A stretch of 64,000 nucleotides of DNA from an uncultured Anaerolineae bacterium (GCA_964510205.1 CAZEBW010000004.1:3638-67637); one strand, 5' to 3'. Shown: positions 26,441 to 38,447, counted from the first letter of the stretch. The notes: generated from the letters alone by a model not told the origin. Program-made: numbers and translations.

Positions 26441-27730
26441 CTACTCGTTCCAAGCCCCCCCACTAGCCACATCAACCGTGATCAGCACGGGGTCAACCCG
26501 GTCCTGGACGATTTCGACGCCCTCGTGGATCAGGCCCGCCCAGACGTAGAAGGGGTTGCGCGGGGGCTTGTCCAATATCTGGATGGCGCCGGCGATGGTC
26601 ACTCTCTGGCCGGGCATGAGGTAGTGGAATACGTCGTCTCCCTTGACCACCGCCTCTAGTTCGTCGTGCTGGCCTAGGGACCAGCGGAAGGGGTAGGGAT
26701 AGGCGGGGTTCTCTTCGAAGTCTAGGCCGAAGCGCCAGGCGCCGTCCGATTGGTGCCACTCCAGGGTGCTGAAGTTCTGACGGCTGGTGTAGGTGGCGCC
26801 CGGCTCGGGGCCGGTGGTGCGAACGGGGGTGTCGCCGTAGTTCTCCACGGTGGCGGTGAAGTACAGCGTCCCGCTCAGGGGGATGGTGAGAGAGGTGAAA
26901 TCGCCCCGCAAGCCCTCGTCGGTGGCATACTCCACCACGGCGTTGATGATGTCGGCGCGGGGCACCCCGCCGTGCTGGATGGTCAGGGTGCTTCGCTCCT
27001 CCACCCGCTGGCCCAAGATGTCCTCGGCGATGGCCGTCACGGTGTAGGTGCCATCGGGCGGGGGGACGGACCCCAGATCAACGCCGCCCTCGTAGTCGTA
27101 CTCGTGCAGGCCCACCTCTCCCGGCTCGATCCGCTGCGATACTTTCTCTGGAATGAAGAACTTCTCCCCTTCGTCGTTGAGGAGATAGACGCGCACGGTG
27201 GCCGGCTTGGGGAGGAAGTAGTTGATGGTCACGTGGTCGCCAACGCCGTCGCGGTTGGGGCTGAAAACCTGGGGGGAGACGGAGAAGCCTCTCAGCTCAG
27301 GAAGGCTGGTGTCAGCGTCAACGATGGTCAGGCTGCCCTCCGCCTTCTGGGTGTGGCCGTCCTCGCCGGTGGCCTCGACGACCCAGGCGTACTGCCCATT
27401 GGGCAACATGCGCCGCTTGACCGAACCGCCGTCAGCCACGTCCACCACCCCGCCGAATAGGGTCCAGTAGGTCTCGTCCTGGGCCGAGCGTCGCTCTTCC
27501 TTTCGATGGTAGTGCCGCTCGCCGGCCTGGTCAATGAAGTAGATGGACACGCTGGCGTTGCGGGAGAGCTTGTAAAGGATGTTGGCGGCGTCGTCGTGCC
27601 CGTCGGCATTGGGCGAGATCACGTCGGGATAGAACTCCACGTCGTAGAGCAGCGGGCGGGACGAGCAGCCGGTCATGCTGAGCCCCGTCAGGATCAATGC
27701 GATCACCAGCGCGATAGACAAGTGTTTCAA
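26441..27730 (-). CDS. Secreted lipoprotein with tandem FlgD-Ig-like domains
   Basis: Lipobox LSMTGCS. Repeated ISPNADGHDD / FSPNRDGVGD motifs, each followed by a beta-rich segment. Confidence 0.65.
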   Translation of the reverse strand: MKHLSIALVIALILTGLSMTGCSSRPLLYDVEFYPDVISPNADGHDDAANILYKLSRNASVSIYFIDQAGERHYHRKEERRSAQDETYWTLFGGVVDVADGGSVKRRMLPNGQYAWVVEATGEDGHTQKAEGSLTIVDADTSLPELRGFSVSPQVFSPNRDGVGDHVTINYFLPKPATVRVYLLNDEGEKFFIPEKVSQRIEPGEVGLHEYDYEGGVDLGSVPPPDGTYTVTAIAEDILGQRVEERSTLTIQHGGVPRADIINAVVEYATDEGLRGDFTSLTIPLSGTLYFTATVENYGDTPVRTTGPEPGATYTSRQNFSTLEWHQSDGAWRFGLDFEENPAYPYPFRWSLGQHDELEAVVKGDDVFHYLMPGQRVTIAGAIQILDKPPRNPFYVWAGLIHEGVEIVQDRVDPVLITVDVASGGAWNE

Positions 27731-27759
27731 ATCAGCGGCACCTCCTTAACGTTGTGAGT

Positions 27760-27872
27760 TCTCCCGGAAAGTGCTCGAAGCCCCGTCCTCGGGGCGGCTT
27801 TCGTAGCGCAGCTACGCCAGCGACGCCCCCGGGGACGGGGGCTGGGAGCATCTTCAAAGACTTTCCGGGAGA
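27760..27872. repeat. Nested multi-hairpin intergenic element
   Basis: Outer stem tctcccggaaagt..gaag / cttc..actttccgggaga. Inner stems ccccgtcc..ggggc, cgtagcgcagctacg and gcccccggggacggggg. Confidence 0.6.
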
Positions 27873-27920
27873 TCTCTTGTCAGCCTGAAGTTTACCAGAT
27901 TGTGGATGAATAGTCAAGAC

Positions 27921-27975
27921 GGTTCACTTTTCACGTTTTTTACGTTTCACGTTTCACGCTTCACGCATCACGTAG
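27921..27975. repeat. Heptamer tandem array TTTCACG (about 7 imperfect copies)
   Basis: ggttcacttttcacgttttttacgtttcacgtttcacgcttcacgcatcacgtagg. Confidence 0.8.
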
Positions 27976-28123
27976 GTATCTTGCTTAAGCAGGTAGCGAT
28001 TTGTCATGCAGCTTTCTCTATCTCCTGATCTCTGGTTTTCGCATGATTTTACTTTTTCCCCCAGTTGGTATAAAATACAAGGCCGAAGTTCAAAGGCCAC
28101 CCGTTGGGATCGGATGACGAGAT

Positions 28124-29482
28124 ATGCTAACCTACCAAGACGCGCTCGACTACATCTACGGCTTCACCGATTACGAGAAGAAGATCTCCTACCTATACTC
28201 GCCGGAGCACTTCGATCTGGCGCGCGTGGAAAAGCTGTTGGCCTCGCTCGATGACCCCCACCGACGCTTTAAGTCCATTCACATCGCTGGCACCAAGGGC
28301 AAGGGTTCAGTGGCGGCGATGAGCGAATCTGTCCTGCGGGCGGCGGGCTACCGCACGGGTCTCTACACTTCGCCGCACCTGCACACTTTTCGAGAGCGGA
28401 TTCAGGTCAACGGCCAGTTGATTCCCGAGGAAGCGGTGGCTTCTCTCACCGAGCGATTGCAGCCCCTGGTGAGCCAGATCGAGGGCATCACCACCTTCGA
28501 GATCATGACTGCCCTGGGCTTTCTCTTTTTCGCCGAGCAGGGCGTGGAGCTGGCCGTTCTGGAGGTGGGCATGGGCGGCCGACTGGACGCCACCAACGTC
28601 GTGGATCCTCTGGTAGCCGTCATTACCTCCATTAGTTACGATCACACGCGTGTGCTGGGGGAGACCCTGCCCCTGATCGCACGGGAGAAGGCGGGCATTA
28701 TCAAGGACAAGGCTTTGGTGGTCAGTGCGCCCCAGGCGCCGCCGGCCATGGCCGTCATCGAAGAGGTGTGCAGGGAGCGCGATGCCGAGCTGATGGTCGT
28801 CGGCCGAGACTGGACGTGGGAGGCCGGGGAGGCCAACCTGGACGGGCAGTGGTTTGGAGTAACGAGTACCGAGGGACGAGTACCGAGGGACGAGTTCTGG
28901 ATTCCTTTGCTGGGCAGGCACCAGGTGGATAACGCCACCGTCGTCGTGGCCGCTGTGGACAAGCTGCGCCAACGAGGCGTCAACATTCCCCAGGCCAGCA
29001 TCGCCGAGGGCCTGCGGCGGGTTCGCTGGCCGGGACGGCTGGAGATTCTGGGCCGCGAACCCTGGCTGGTGGTGGACGGGGCGCACAACGGCGATTCGGC
29101 GAACAAGTTGGTGGCGGCGATCAAGGCCTTGTTTCCCTATCGGAAGCTGATTCTGGTGTTCGGCGCCCTGGCGGGCCACAGCGCGTCCGATATGCTGCGT
29201 GCCCTCTTGCCAGCGGCGGATGAGGTGATCCTCACCCAGGCCCATCGCATCAGGGCCGTGGCGACATCGGATTTGCTCCGAGAGGCGGAGGCCGTCTCCA
29301 CTTCCAAGACGAAGGCGGCAGTGGTCGCTGAAACAGTGGCCGAGTCCTTAGAACGCGCGTTGGCCCTGGCCGGCCCTGATGATCTGATTTGCGCCACCGG
29401 CTCGTTTTCCATCGTGACTGAAGTGCGCGAGGCCTGGGCCGAGAGGCAGGGCGCGGAGACGCCAGAGCGCGATGTGGGGTAG
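28124..29482 (+). CDS. folC: Folylpolyglutamate synthase / dihydrofolate synthase
   Basis: HIAGTKGKGS P-loop, Mur-ligase-family collinearity and the typical N-terminus YQDALDYIY. Confidence 0.9.
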   Translation: MLTYQDALDYIYGFTDYEKKISYLYSPEHFDLARVEKLLASLDDPHRRFKSIHIAGTKGKGSVAAMSESVLRAAGYRTGLYTSPHLHTFRERIQVNGQLIPEEAVASLTERLQPLVSQIEGITTFEIMTALGFLFFAEQGVELAVLEVGMGGRLDATNVVDPLVAVITSISYDHTRVLGETLPLIAREKAGIIKDKALVVSAPQAPPAMAVIEEVCRERDAELMVVGRDWTWEAGEANLDGQWFGVTSTEGRVPRDEFWIPLLGRHQVDNATVVVAAVDKLRQRGVNIPQASIAEGLRRVRWPGRLEILGREPWLVVDGAHNGDSANKLVAAIKALFPYRKLILVFGALAGHSASDMLRALLPAADEVILTQAHRIRAVATSDLLREAEAVSTSKTKAAVVAETVAESLERALALAGPDDLICATGSFSIVTEVREAWAERQGAETPERDVG

Positions 29483-29502
29483 AGAGCGATAACGGAGGAG
29501 AG

Positions 29503-31119
29503 TTGATGAAAGCTATACTGTCTCCAAGTGGCAGACGTAAAACGTCAAGCGTGAAACGTGAAACGTCAAACGTAGAACGTCAAGCGTCAGGTGCCAGGGG
29601 TCAAACGTTGAGGTTCAAAGCTATCTTGGCGACCTTGCTGATAAGCTTGGGGGCGCTGATCTTGTGCCAATCCCTGAGGGTGGAAGGGTCGCCCGTCCCC
29701 GCCTCTCCTGTCCTCCAGACTGAGGAGGAGAGGACGGCGGCGAGCGACGCGCCGTATCGGGCCCGCATCGTGATCAGCACTTCCTCTGACTGGACGCGGC
29801 TCTACGTTCGAGGTGGAGAGCGCATTTTGAACGCCAAAACTGCTATCCTGCAGGGCGACGCCGCCACGACGAAAGCGGAGTGGGACGGCGACGAGCTCTA
29901 TTTGGAACAGCCTCTGGCCAATGCTCCAGCCCAGACGGTCAAAGTGCAGTACGATCTGGTGATGACGGGCCTGGACAGTGACGGCCACGTCTTCTTCGAG
30001 AGCCAGAAAGGCGATTTGGGCGTCACCACCACGGAGTTCTACAATTACAGCTCATCTTCCGCTACTCCCATCGCCTCCTGGTCCAATCTGCTGGACAAAG
30101 CGGGCGATCCTTCCAATCCCTTCTCTTTTTCCATAGCCAGTTCCCATTTCACAACGGGTGGTCCCCTGCCCCTGCGGCACGTCTCGCCCAGATTGGTTTT
30201 GGCCTTTTATTATCCCTGGTACGATCTCGATTCCTGGTCGAGCCCAGTTCTCGAGGACCATCCGCTCATGCCTGCTAGTTCCGGCGACGTGGAAGCCATC
30301 ACCAGGCACGTCACCTGGGCACAGCAGCATGGCATTCACGGCTTCATCTCGTCCTGGTGGGGTTCGGGCAACTACCGCGATGCCAATTTCGCCAAGTTGC
30401 TCTCCGTGGCGGAAGGCACCGATTTCAAAGCAACTATCTACTTCGAAACCCTGGGCGAACGTTTCAGGACCCCCCAGGACGTTGTTCATCAGTTGGAGTA
30501 CGTCCTGGATTCCTACAGCGATCACCCCAACTTCCTGCGCTATCGGGGCCAGCCGGTGATTTTTCTTTACGCTGTGGACCACGTAGCCAGAGAGCCCGGC
30601 CAACCCCCCCTTCAGTCCTGGCAAGCCATACTGGGGCAGATGCGGGCTGATGGTTACGATGCAGTGTGGCTCGGCCAGACCTTCGATCCCAGCTATCTGC
30701 AGGTGTTCGACGGCCTGCACGCCTACGGCTTCTATGCCCCAGATATGGCTGAGGTGTACGCTTCGGTTTCGGGCCAGGTGAGGAGCTATCAATTCCTGCA
30801 CGACCCGACCGCCGAGCGGAAGATCTGGGCGCCAGCGGTCATGCCGGGCTATGACGACGACCTGTTGGGCCGCCCAGGTTCCTGGTATCTGGATCGAGCC
30901 GGTGGGGACGCCTACGGCTTCACTTTCCAAGCGGCCATTCAGTCCCAGGCCGATTGGATCGTCATCACCAGCTTCAACGAGTGGTGGGAGCACACTCACA
31001 TCGAGCCCAGCGACCGCTACGGGTTCACTTATCTGGGGCTGACTAAGGAGTGGTCGGACGCTTTTCTGGCTGGAGCTCCTCAACTCACTTTCCTGCCCCT
31101 GATCACCAAGAACTGGTAG
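29503..31119 (+). CDS. Membrane-anchored glycoside hydrolase, GH99-like
   Basis: N-terminal TM anchor. LAFYYPWYDLDSW and ITSFNEWWEHTHIEPS resemble GH99 endo-alpha-mannosidase blocks (recalled from memory). An alternative TTG start at 29608 would exclude the repeat-encoded tail. Confidence 0.5.
   Translation: MMKAILSPSGRRKTSSVKRETSNVERQASGARGQTLRFKAILATLLISLGALILCQSLRVEGSPVPASPVLQTEEERTAASDAPYRARIVISTSSDWTRLYVRGGERILNAKTAILQGDAATTKAEWDGDELYLEQPLANAPAQTVKVQYDLVMTGLDSDGHVFFESQKGDLGVTTTEFYNYSSSSATPIASWSNLLDKAGDPSNPFSFSIASSHFTTGGPLPLRHVSPRLVLAFYYPWYDLDSWSSPVLEDHPLMPASSGDVEAITRHVTWAQQHGIHGFISSWWGSGNYRDANFAKLLSVAEGTDFKATIYFETLGERFRTPQDVVHQLEYVLDSYSDHPNFLRYRGQPVIFLYAVDHVAREPGQPPLQSWQAILGQMRADGYDAVWLGQTFDPSYLQVFDGLHAYGFYAPDMAEVYASVSGQVRSYQFLHDPTAERKIWAPAVMPGYDDDLLGRPGSWYLDRAGGDAYGFTFQAAIQSQADWIVITSFNEWWEHTHIEPSDRYGFTYLGLTKEWSDAFLAGAPQLTFLPLITKNW
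29534..29590. repeat. Heptamer tandem array GAAACGT (reverse complement of the TTTCACG family)
   Basis: gacgtaaaacgtcaagcgtgaaacgtgaaacgtcaaacgtagaacgtcaagcgtcagg. It lies in the 5' end of the 29503 ORF and is encoded as RRKTSSVKRETSNVERQAS. Confidence 0.8.
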
Positions 31120-31160
31120 GTCAATCTAGACTCTACTGAAAGAAGGTGAACTGCTGGCAA

Positions 31161-31207
31161 GACCCTAAAGGTTTCCAAAACCTTTAGGGTCTCCACGCTG
31201 CTTTTTT
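31161..31207 (+). terminator. Rho-independent terminator
   Basis: 14-bp perfect stem gaccctaaaggttt / aaacctttagggtc, with a T-run (gcttttttc) a few nt downstream. Confidence 0.6.
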
Positions 31208-31247
31208 CGGGGGAGTCAATCTATCAAACTATTGGAGGCTTAGCTGA

Positions 31248-33704
31248 ATGTCGGATACCGATATGGACAAACTTCTTGAGGAGGGAGGCTTCTTGGCCGT
31301 CAGTGGCCGGCGAGCCGAAGGAGTCCTTCAGAATGCTTGGGAGGAGGTGCGTGAAGCAACCAACGAAATCGCTGAATATCCCTTGCTTCCCCTGCGCGAT
31401 ACGGTGGTTTTCCCGCACATGGTCACCCCGCTCTTTGTGGGCCGCGATCGCTCGCTGAAGGCTGTGGAGGCGGCGATGGCTACCGATGGCATCATCGTCG
31501 TGGCGGCCCAGAAGGATGCCGAAATCGAAGAGCCAGGCTGTGATGACATCTACGCCGTCGGCACCGAGATGACTATCGCCCGCATGTGGCACCTGCCCGA
31601 CGGCACGACCAACATCTGGGGGAAGGGCACGCGAAGGGTCGAGATCCTCAATTGCGTGCACGTTGACCCCTACATCAAAGTGAGAGTCAGGAACATAGTG
31701 GAACCCAGCGAGGAGGATCTGTCCACTCAGGCCCTGATGCGCGCCGTGCTGGCTCTGTTCGAAAAGTGTGTGCAACTGGACCGCAATCTGCCCGAAGACG
31801 CTTACGTGATCGCCCTGAACATTGACGAGCCGGGGTGGTTGGCAGACCTGGTTGCTTCTGCCCTGAACATAGATATCGAAAAACGCCAGGAAGTGCTGGA
31901 GACCATTCAGCCGCTCAGCCGCCTGCAGCGATTGAGCATCCTTCTGGCCCAGGAGCTGGACGTCCTGGAGCTGGAGGACCGCATCCACGCTCAGGTCCAG
32001 GAAGAGGTGGACAAGTCTCAGCGCGAGTATTTCCTGCGCCAGCAAATGAAGGCCATCCAGACCGAGTTGGGCGAGATTGATGGCCAGTTCCAAGAGGTCA
32101 ACGAGCTGAAGGAGAAGATCGCCGCCATCGGGATGCCGCAGGAGGTGCGCGAGAAGGCGGAGAAGGAGCTTGGCCGTCTCTCTTCCATGCCCGTCGCCTC
32201 TCCTGAGGTGAGCGTCATTCGCACCTACCTCGATTGGTTGATCGAATTACCGTGGAGCGAGGACACCAACAATAACATGGACATCGCGGCTGCAGCCCAG
32301 GTGTTGGAAGAAAGCCACTATGGCCTGGACAAAGCCAAGGAGCGCATTTTGGAATACATGGCCGTCCGCAAGCTGGCCGGCGAGAAAATGCGCAGCCCGA
32401 TCTTGTGCTTCGTGGGGCCGCCGGGAACGGGCAAGACCTCCCTCGGCAAAGCCATCGCTCAGGCGTTGGGAAGGAAGTTCGTGCGGGTCAGCCTGGGCGG
32501 CGTCCGAGATGAGGCGGAGATACGGGGGCACCGGCGCACTTACGTGGGCTCTATGCCGGGCCGCGTCATCCAGACCATGCGCCGCGCCGGAACCCTCAAC
32601 CCCCTCTTCATGCTGGACGAGATAGACAAAATGGGCGTTGACTTTCGGGGCGATCCCTCGGCCGCCCTGCTGGAGGTGTTAGACCCTGAGCAGAACCACG
32701 CTTTCTCCGATCACTACCTGGACGTGAACTATGACCTGTCAAAAGTGATGTTCATCACCACGGCCAATATCCTCGACCCCGTCCCGCCTGCCCTGCGTGA
32801 CCGTATGGAGGTCATCGAGTTCCCCGGCTACATCGAGGAGGAGAAGCTGGAGATCGCCAGGCGATTTCTCTGCCCCCGGCAGTTGACGGAAAATGGCTTG
32901 GACGATACGGAGCTCCACTTTTCAGATGAAGCATTGCGTCACATCATCCGCGAGTATACTTACGAAGCTGGGGTGCGCAATCTGGAGCGAGAGATCGCCA
33001 ATGTGTGTCGCAAAGTAGCCCGGCGAGTGGCTGATGGCGGGCCGCCCGCCCAGCGCGTCACCATCCAGTCGCTGCCCAAATATCTAGGCCCGCCGCAGTT
33101 TACCTACGGCCTGGCTGAGGAAGAAGACGAGATCGGGGTGGCTATGGGCATCGCCTGGACGGAGGCTGGCGGAGACATCATGCCCGTGGAAGTGAGCCTG
33201 ATGGAGGGCAAGGGGAATCTCATGCTGACTGGCCAGTTGGGCGAGGTGATGCAGGAGTCGGGCCAGGCGGCGCTTTCCTATGCCCGTTCTCACGCCGAGG
33301 CGTTGGGCATCCAGGGGCAGGACTTCGATAAGCTGGACATCCACATCCACGTGCCAGAAGGGGCCATCCCCAAGGACGGGCCTTCGGCGGGAATCACCAT
33401 GTCCACGGCCCTCATCTCGGCCTTAGCCCACCGTCCCGTCCGCCACGATGTGGGCATGACGGGCGAGATCACCCTGCGGGGGCGGGTGCTGCCCGTGGGC
33501 GGCATCAAGGAGAAGGTGCTGGCCGCCCACCGCGCCGGGCTGAAAACCGTCATCCTGCCCAAGAGAAACGAAAAGGACATGGTCGAAATTCCTAACAAGG
33601 TCAAACGGGACCTGGAGTTCATCTTCGTGGAGCGAATGGATGAGGTGCTGGCCGCGGCTCTGCTGCCGGCAGACAAGAAGCGCAAGAAGAGGTCCCTACA
33701 CTGA
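31248..33704 (+). CDS. lon: ATP-dependent Lon protease (endopeptidase La)
   Basis: N-terminal LON domain, Walker [10 protein letters not shown], and the PKDGPSAG catalytic Ser region. Confidence 0.95.
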   Translation: MSDTDMDKLLEEGGFLAVSGRRAEGVLQNAWEEVREATNEIAEYPLLPLRDTVVFPHMVTPLFVGRDRSLKAVEAAMATDGIIVVAAQKDAEIEEPGCDDIYAVGTEMTIARMWHLPDGTTNIWGKGTRRVEILNCVHVDPYIKVRVRNIVEPSEEDLSTQALMRAVLALFEKCVQLDRNLPEDAYVIALNIDEPGWLADLVASALNIDIEKRQEVLETIQPLSRLQRLSILLAQELDVLELEDRIHAQVQEEVDKSQREYFLRQQMKAIQTELGEIDGQFQEVNELKEKIAAIGMPQEVREKAEKELGRLSSMPVASPEVSVIRTYLDWLIELPWSEDTNNNMDIAAAAQVLEESHYGLDKAKERILEYMAVRKLAGEKMRSPILCFVGPPGTGKTSLGKAIAQALGRKFVRVSLGGVRDEAEIRGHRRTYVGSMPGRVIQTMRRAGTLNPLFMLDEIDKMGVDFRGDPSAALLEVLDPEQNHAFSDHYLDVNYDLSKVMFITTANILDPVPPALRDRMEVIEFPGYIEEEKLEIARRFLCPRQLTENGLDDTELHFSDEALRHIIREYTYEAGVRNLEREIANVCRKVARRVADGGPPAQRVTIQSLPKYLGPPQFTYGLAEEEDEIGVAMGIAWTEAGGDIMPVEVSLMEGKGNLMLTGQLGEVMQESGQAALSYARSHAEALGIQGQDFDKLDIHIHVPEGAIPKDGPSAGITMSTALISALAHRPVRHDVGMTGEITLRGRVLPVGGIKEKVLAAHRAGLKTVILPKRNEKDMVEIPNKVKRDLEFIFVERMDEVLAAALLPADKKRKKRSLH

Positions 33705-33781
33705 GAGGCGCGCAATCGAGCGTGATCCTGCCTGGGTGAAGGGGCAGCGGCTGGCACGGGCGATTTACGAAAGGCGGAACA

Positions 33782-34810
33782 ATGATATCGGTCATTAGAA
33801 AAGCAGTTCTCCTGGGCGTGGTACTGGGCCTGCTGAGCCTTGCTGGCTGCGACTTCGGCGACCTGTTGGCAGGGAGAGGGACGCCGACGCCGAACATACC
33901 TGATCTCAGTGAGCTGGTCCCCGATGACTGGACCATCGAGAAAAGAGTGGAAGTAGACGTTGACGGGGACAGCGAGGTCGAGTGGCTCGTCATCTACCGC
34001 TACGACAAATCTCCCAGAGGCTTCGGCGGCCCTCTGGGGGGCGTGATTTATGACCGCCAGCCCGACAGGTCGCCCGAGAATCTGGCCACGCCGGAGCCGT
34101 ACCGGCCGTCCATTCTGGTGGCTTACCACCTCTTGCCGGGGAAGGGCGGAAAGGGCTATTTGGGGGAAAACCTGGGCGGCGAGGATACGCCCTGGCCTAG
34201 AGTGGCGCAATATGATGCCAACGGGGATGGCCGCGAGGAACTGGTGATCCTGGGCTACTCCTTTCCCGGTTTCCCCACTAGCCTGGCCATCTTCCGTTGG
34301 GTGGATAGGCAGAGAGGCTATGAGACTCTGATCCGCACAGAGGGCGAGGGCGCAGACGTGCTGTGGGGCGATGCCGGGGTCGAGCTGAAACCCGCCTTTG
34401 GCGAGGGGCCTATAGGAACGGTCATCGTGAGAAGCAGGCTGCATCACCCCTACTGGTATCTGCGTAGTCAGATTGGCCGCCGAATCGTTTACGAGTGGGA
34501 TGATGCCCAGACGAAGCTGGTGAAGAAATCCGAAAACATTGATTTCGTCTTTGGTCGCCCTCGGGGCGCCGAGCAGTCCAAGCAGAAGCAGTACCCCGTG
34601 GCCTATCCCGAGGCTGCCGTGCTGGCGTACTACGAAGATGGGCGCATAGAGGACATCGTTGCTGTGCAGGAAAACGAGGACGGGGAGGCTAAGGTGAACG
34701 TGCGACTGACGGTTGATGGCCAGCTTGTGGAGGATGTCTGTAGCCTCACCAGGAAATCCACCGGAAAGGTGAAGGACGTGACAAAGTGGGAGGTGAGTTG
34801 TCCGGAATGA
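33782..34810 (+). CDS. Hypothetical lipoprotein
   Basis: Signal plus lipobox LLSLAGCDF. No recognisable domain. Confidence 0.6.
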   Translation: MISVIRKAVLLGVVLGLLSLAGCDFGDLLAGRGTPTPNIPDLSELVPDDWTIEKRVEVDVDGDSEVEWLVIYRYDKSPRGFGGPLGGVIYDRQPDRSPENLATPEPYRPSILVAYHLLPGKGGKGYLGENLGGEDTPWPRVAQYDANGDGREELVILGYSFPGFPTSLAIFRWVDRQRGYETLIRTEGEGADVLWGDAGVELKPAFGEGPIGTVIVRSRLHHPYWYLRSQIGRRIVYEWDDAQTKLVKKSENIDFVFGRPRGAEQSKQKQYPVAYPEAAVLAYYEDGRIEDIVAVQENEDGEAKVNVRLTVDGQLVEDVCSLTRKSTGKVKDVTKWEVSCPE

Positions 34811-34815
34811 TGTCT

Positions 34816-34882
34816 GTGATTCGTAGGTTCGTAGATTCGTAAATTCGTGGGTTCGTAGATTCGTAAGTTCGTAGATTCGTGT
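34816..34882. repeat. Octamer tandem array TTCGTAGA (about 8 imperfect copies)
   Basis: gtgattcgtaggttcgtagattcgtaaattcgtgggttcgtagattcgtaagttcgtagattcgtg, immediately upstream of eno. Confidence 0.85.
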
Positions 34883-34902
34883 TACCGACTGGAGGAGGCT
34901 GA

Positions 34903-36216
<1,314 letters not shown>

Positions 36217-36344
36217 TGATTTGACATCAGGCCCGATTAACGGTACAATAGAAGGTGATGTTATATTCTCTTGCTTGGGCTCGGTCTGAGACCTTCGCCC
36301 AACGGAGGATGTCGGTTCTGGGCTGTCCAAGTTAGGAGGATCAC

Positions 36345-36695
36345 ATGCGAGCTACTTTACCCAAAATACCCCAGAGTGTGGAGCGAACCCTCGGCCCAGA
36401 GGCGACGGGTGACTTGAGCCAGTGGTTCGAGATTGTTCTGGTTGAACACGCCGTGCGTCGTGACGAGTATCGTGAGGTGCTTTCACGTCTGGACATCCTA
36501 GAGCACGACGTCGCCGATGTGAAGGACGGAATCACCGACCTGCACCGCACAATGGATGATCGCTTCGATCGGATGAACGAGCGCTTCGATGAAATGTACA
36601 GGCACATCAGCACCATGACCCGCTGGACGGTGGGGACGCTGGCTCTGTTGGGCACCATCATGACCATCCTGATGGCTATCGCTCAGTTCACCTGA
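36345..36695 (+). CDS. Tail-anchored coiled-coil protein, function unknown
   Basis: 116 aa, with a heptad-rich middle (LDILEHDVADVKDGITDLHRTMDDRFDRMNERFDEMY) and a C-terminal TM helix. Confidence 0.55.
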   Translation: MRATLPKIPQSVERTLGPEATGDLSQWFEIVLVEHAVRRDEYREVLSRLDILEHDVADVKDGITDLHRTMDDRFDRMNERFDEMYRHISTMTRWTVGTLALLGTIMTILMAIAQFT

Positions 36696-36740
36696 TTACA
36701 ACTAGCTTCTTGCATAAACGGCAGGGATTTCATCCAGAAA

Positions 36741-36778
36741 AGCCACCAGAGGTCTTACCTCTGGTGGCTTTTTGTCTT
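36741..36778 (+). terminator. Rho-independent terminator
   Basis: Stem agccaccagagg / cctctggtggct with loop tctta, followed by ttttgtctt. Confidence 0.7.
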
Positions 36779-36783
36779 GGAGA

Positions 36784-36960
36784 GCCCACCCTCCCCTAGC
36801 CCCTCCCTGTGAGGGAGGGGAACATCATGCTCCTCCCCCTCGGAGGGGGAGGCTGGGTGGGGGAGCTTCAGTAGATCACAGTCGCTCGCGGTGGATTGCC
36901 AAATCCACCGCCAAACCGCTGGATCTGGCGATCCAGCGGGAGCAAATTGTGATGTACTGA
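36784..36960. repeat. Composite nested-hairpin elements
   Basis: First half: cccaccc..gggtggg enclosing cccctccct/gggagggg and cctccccctc/gggggagg. Second half: outer stem gcttcagtagatcaca / tgtgatgtactgagc enclosing gcggtggatt/aatccaccgc and cgctggatc/gatccagcg. The 5' part recurs at 57545-57600. Confidence 0.6.
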
Positions 36961-36973
36961 GCTTCGATGATTT

Positions 36974-38437
36974 CTAGACAGACTCTTCCAGCTCCGGACG
37001 AGCCTCTTCTGTCAGCCTGGCGGCAGCCACCGCCAAACCGATGTACAGCCAGAACAGGGCCACGGCGTGGGGGAAGCTGAAGAGGTAATGGTCGAGGATG
37101 CCGCCTATCAGTCCCCCCACCACGGCTGTTTGAAGACCCAACAGGATGGCCTCCAAACGCGGATCGTGCTCCATGTTTTTCCAACTGCGCCAGGTATACC
37201 TGAAGAAGATGGCCATGATGACCAAGAACACGCCCAGCCCCACCAGGCCCATCTCCTCGGCGATGAGCAGGTAGAGGCTGGATACGCCCAGGTAGATGTC
37301 TATATCGGGCGTGCCGATGAAGCCTACGCCGATCCAGGGGTAGCGGCTGATGAGGATGAAGGCGTCTTTGTACTCCCCCAGACGCATTTGGCTGGCCAGG
37401 TCTTGAAACTGCACTCCCTCGGTGAAGTGTATGACGTATTCTCGCGTCTGCGGCAGGAGCAGGACGAGCAGGCCCGCAGCAGCCAGCACGGGCAACAGGC
37501 GGCGATACTTGATCACGGCCAGCAGGACCAGGGCGCAGCCGAGGCCGGCCATTGAGCCTCGCGAGAAGGTCAGAATCAGACAGAGGCCCATCGCCGCCAA
37601 CATGGGTGCGGCCAATGTGCGCTTCAGGAGCGGGCGCCGCGTGAAAAGCTGGGGGACGGTCAGCGACGCCACCAGGATCAACAGGCCGCCCAAAATGTTG
37701 GGGTCCACGGAGGTGCCGATGGCCCGCATGGGCAGCGAGGGGTCGTCGCGGATGAAGCGCAGCACCCCCCAGCCGGCCGGGTAGTTGAAGACGCGCAGGG
37801 CGGAGAGGAGGCGGACGGTGAGGGCGCGGGGCAGGAGATAGAGCACCACGCCAATCAGGGCTTCCCCGAAGCCGGCCAAGATGATGACCAGCACCAACTG
37901 CTCCAGCTCCTTGCGGGTGCGCACGCAGTTGACCGTTACGAAAAACAGGGCGATGCCCATGATGATCTCGGCGAAGCGGCGCACGGCGTTGGGCGTGGGA
38001 CTGGCGTGGGCCAGGCCGGCCACGAAGGAGACGAAGGCCAGGAACAGGAAAATGACGATGGGCAGGGCCAAAGGGGAGGTCACGAACTCCTGCTGCTGGC
38101 CGGTGACCAGGTGGGCCAGCCAGACGGCGAACAGCACCGCCAGCACCAGGTTCGGAAAAGTGGGGGTGAAGCCGATCTTGATGGGCAGGGCGCCGAAGGG
38201 CAGCAGGCAGACGATGCCGATGAGGGCCATGAAGCCGAATTGAGTGCTCTGCAACATCATCAGTCCGCTGACAAGCGCCATCACCAGGGCCGCCGTGATC
38301 AGCGGGCCGGGATAGGCGATCAGCCATCCCCCGATGATTCCCAGCGCCAGGCAGAGGGCTATCACCGCCAGGGCCACCACCCAGCGCTTGTCGGATACGA
38401 AAATGGATTGTAGGCGGTTGTAGGTGGAGTTTTGCAT
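36974..38437 (-). CDS. O-antigen ligase / polymerase family (Wzy_C-like) membrane protein
   Basis: About 12 TM helices, with a loop LTFSRGSMAGLG typical of the O-antigen ligase family. Confidence 0.7.
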   Translation of the reverse strand: MQNSTYNRLQSIFVSDKRWVVALAVIALCLALGIIGGWLIAYPGPLITAALVMALVSGLMMLQSTQFGFMALIGIVCLLPFGALPIKIGFTPTFPNLVLAVLFAVWLAHLVTGQQQEFVTSPLALPIVIFLFLAFVSFVAGLAHASPTPNAVRRFAEIIMGIALFFVTVNCVRTRKELEQLVLVIILAGFGEALIGVVLYLLPRALTVRLLSALRVFNYPAGWGVLRFIRDDPSLPMRAIGTSVDPNILGGLLILVASLTVPQLFTRRPLLKRTLAAPMLAAMGLCLILTFSRGSMAGLGCALVLLAVIKYRRLLPVLAAAGLLVLLLPQTREYVIHFTEGVQFQDLASQMRLGEYKDAFILISRYPWIGVGFIGTPDIDIYLGVSSLYLLIAEEMGLVGLGVFLVIMAIFFRYTWRSWKNMEHDPRLEAILLGLQTAVVGGLIGGILDHYLFSFPHAVALFWLYIGLAVAAARLTEEARPELEESV

Positions 38438-38447
38438 AAAGACCTCC

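Noticed and set aside
27976-28123. A folate (THF) riboswitch upstream of folC
   Set aside because: I could not recognise the conserved THF-riboswitch core or any convincing pseudoknot. Only a small ggcc...ggcc hairpin is present.
28307-31083. Long minus-strand ORFs opposite folC and the GH99-like gene (28307-29245, 30052-31083)
   Set aside because: They are shadow ORFs in high-GC coding DNA.
31224-34447. Minus-strand ORFs opposite lon and the lipoprotein gene (31224-32093, 33290-34447)
   Set aside because: They are shadow ORFs. The lon and lipoprotein frames carry the recognisable motifs.
36876-38327. 483-aa minus-strand ORF in another frame of the O-antigen-ligase gene region
   Set aside because: It is on the same strand but in an alternative frame. 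Its translation is Pro/Arg/Gly/His-rich, whereas the 36974-38437 frame gives a coherent 12-TM protein.
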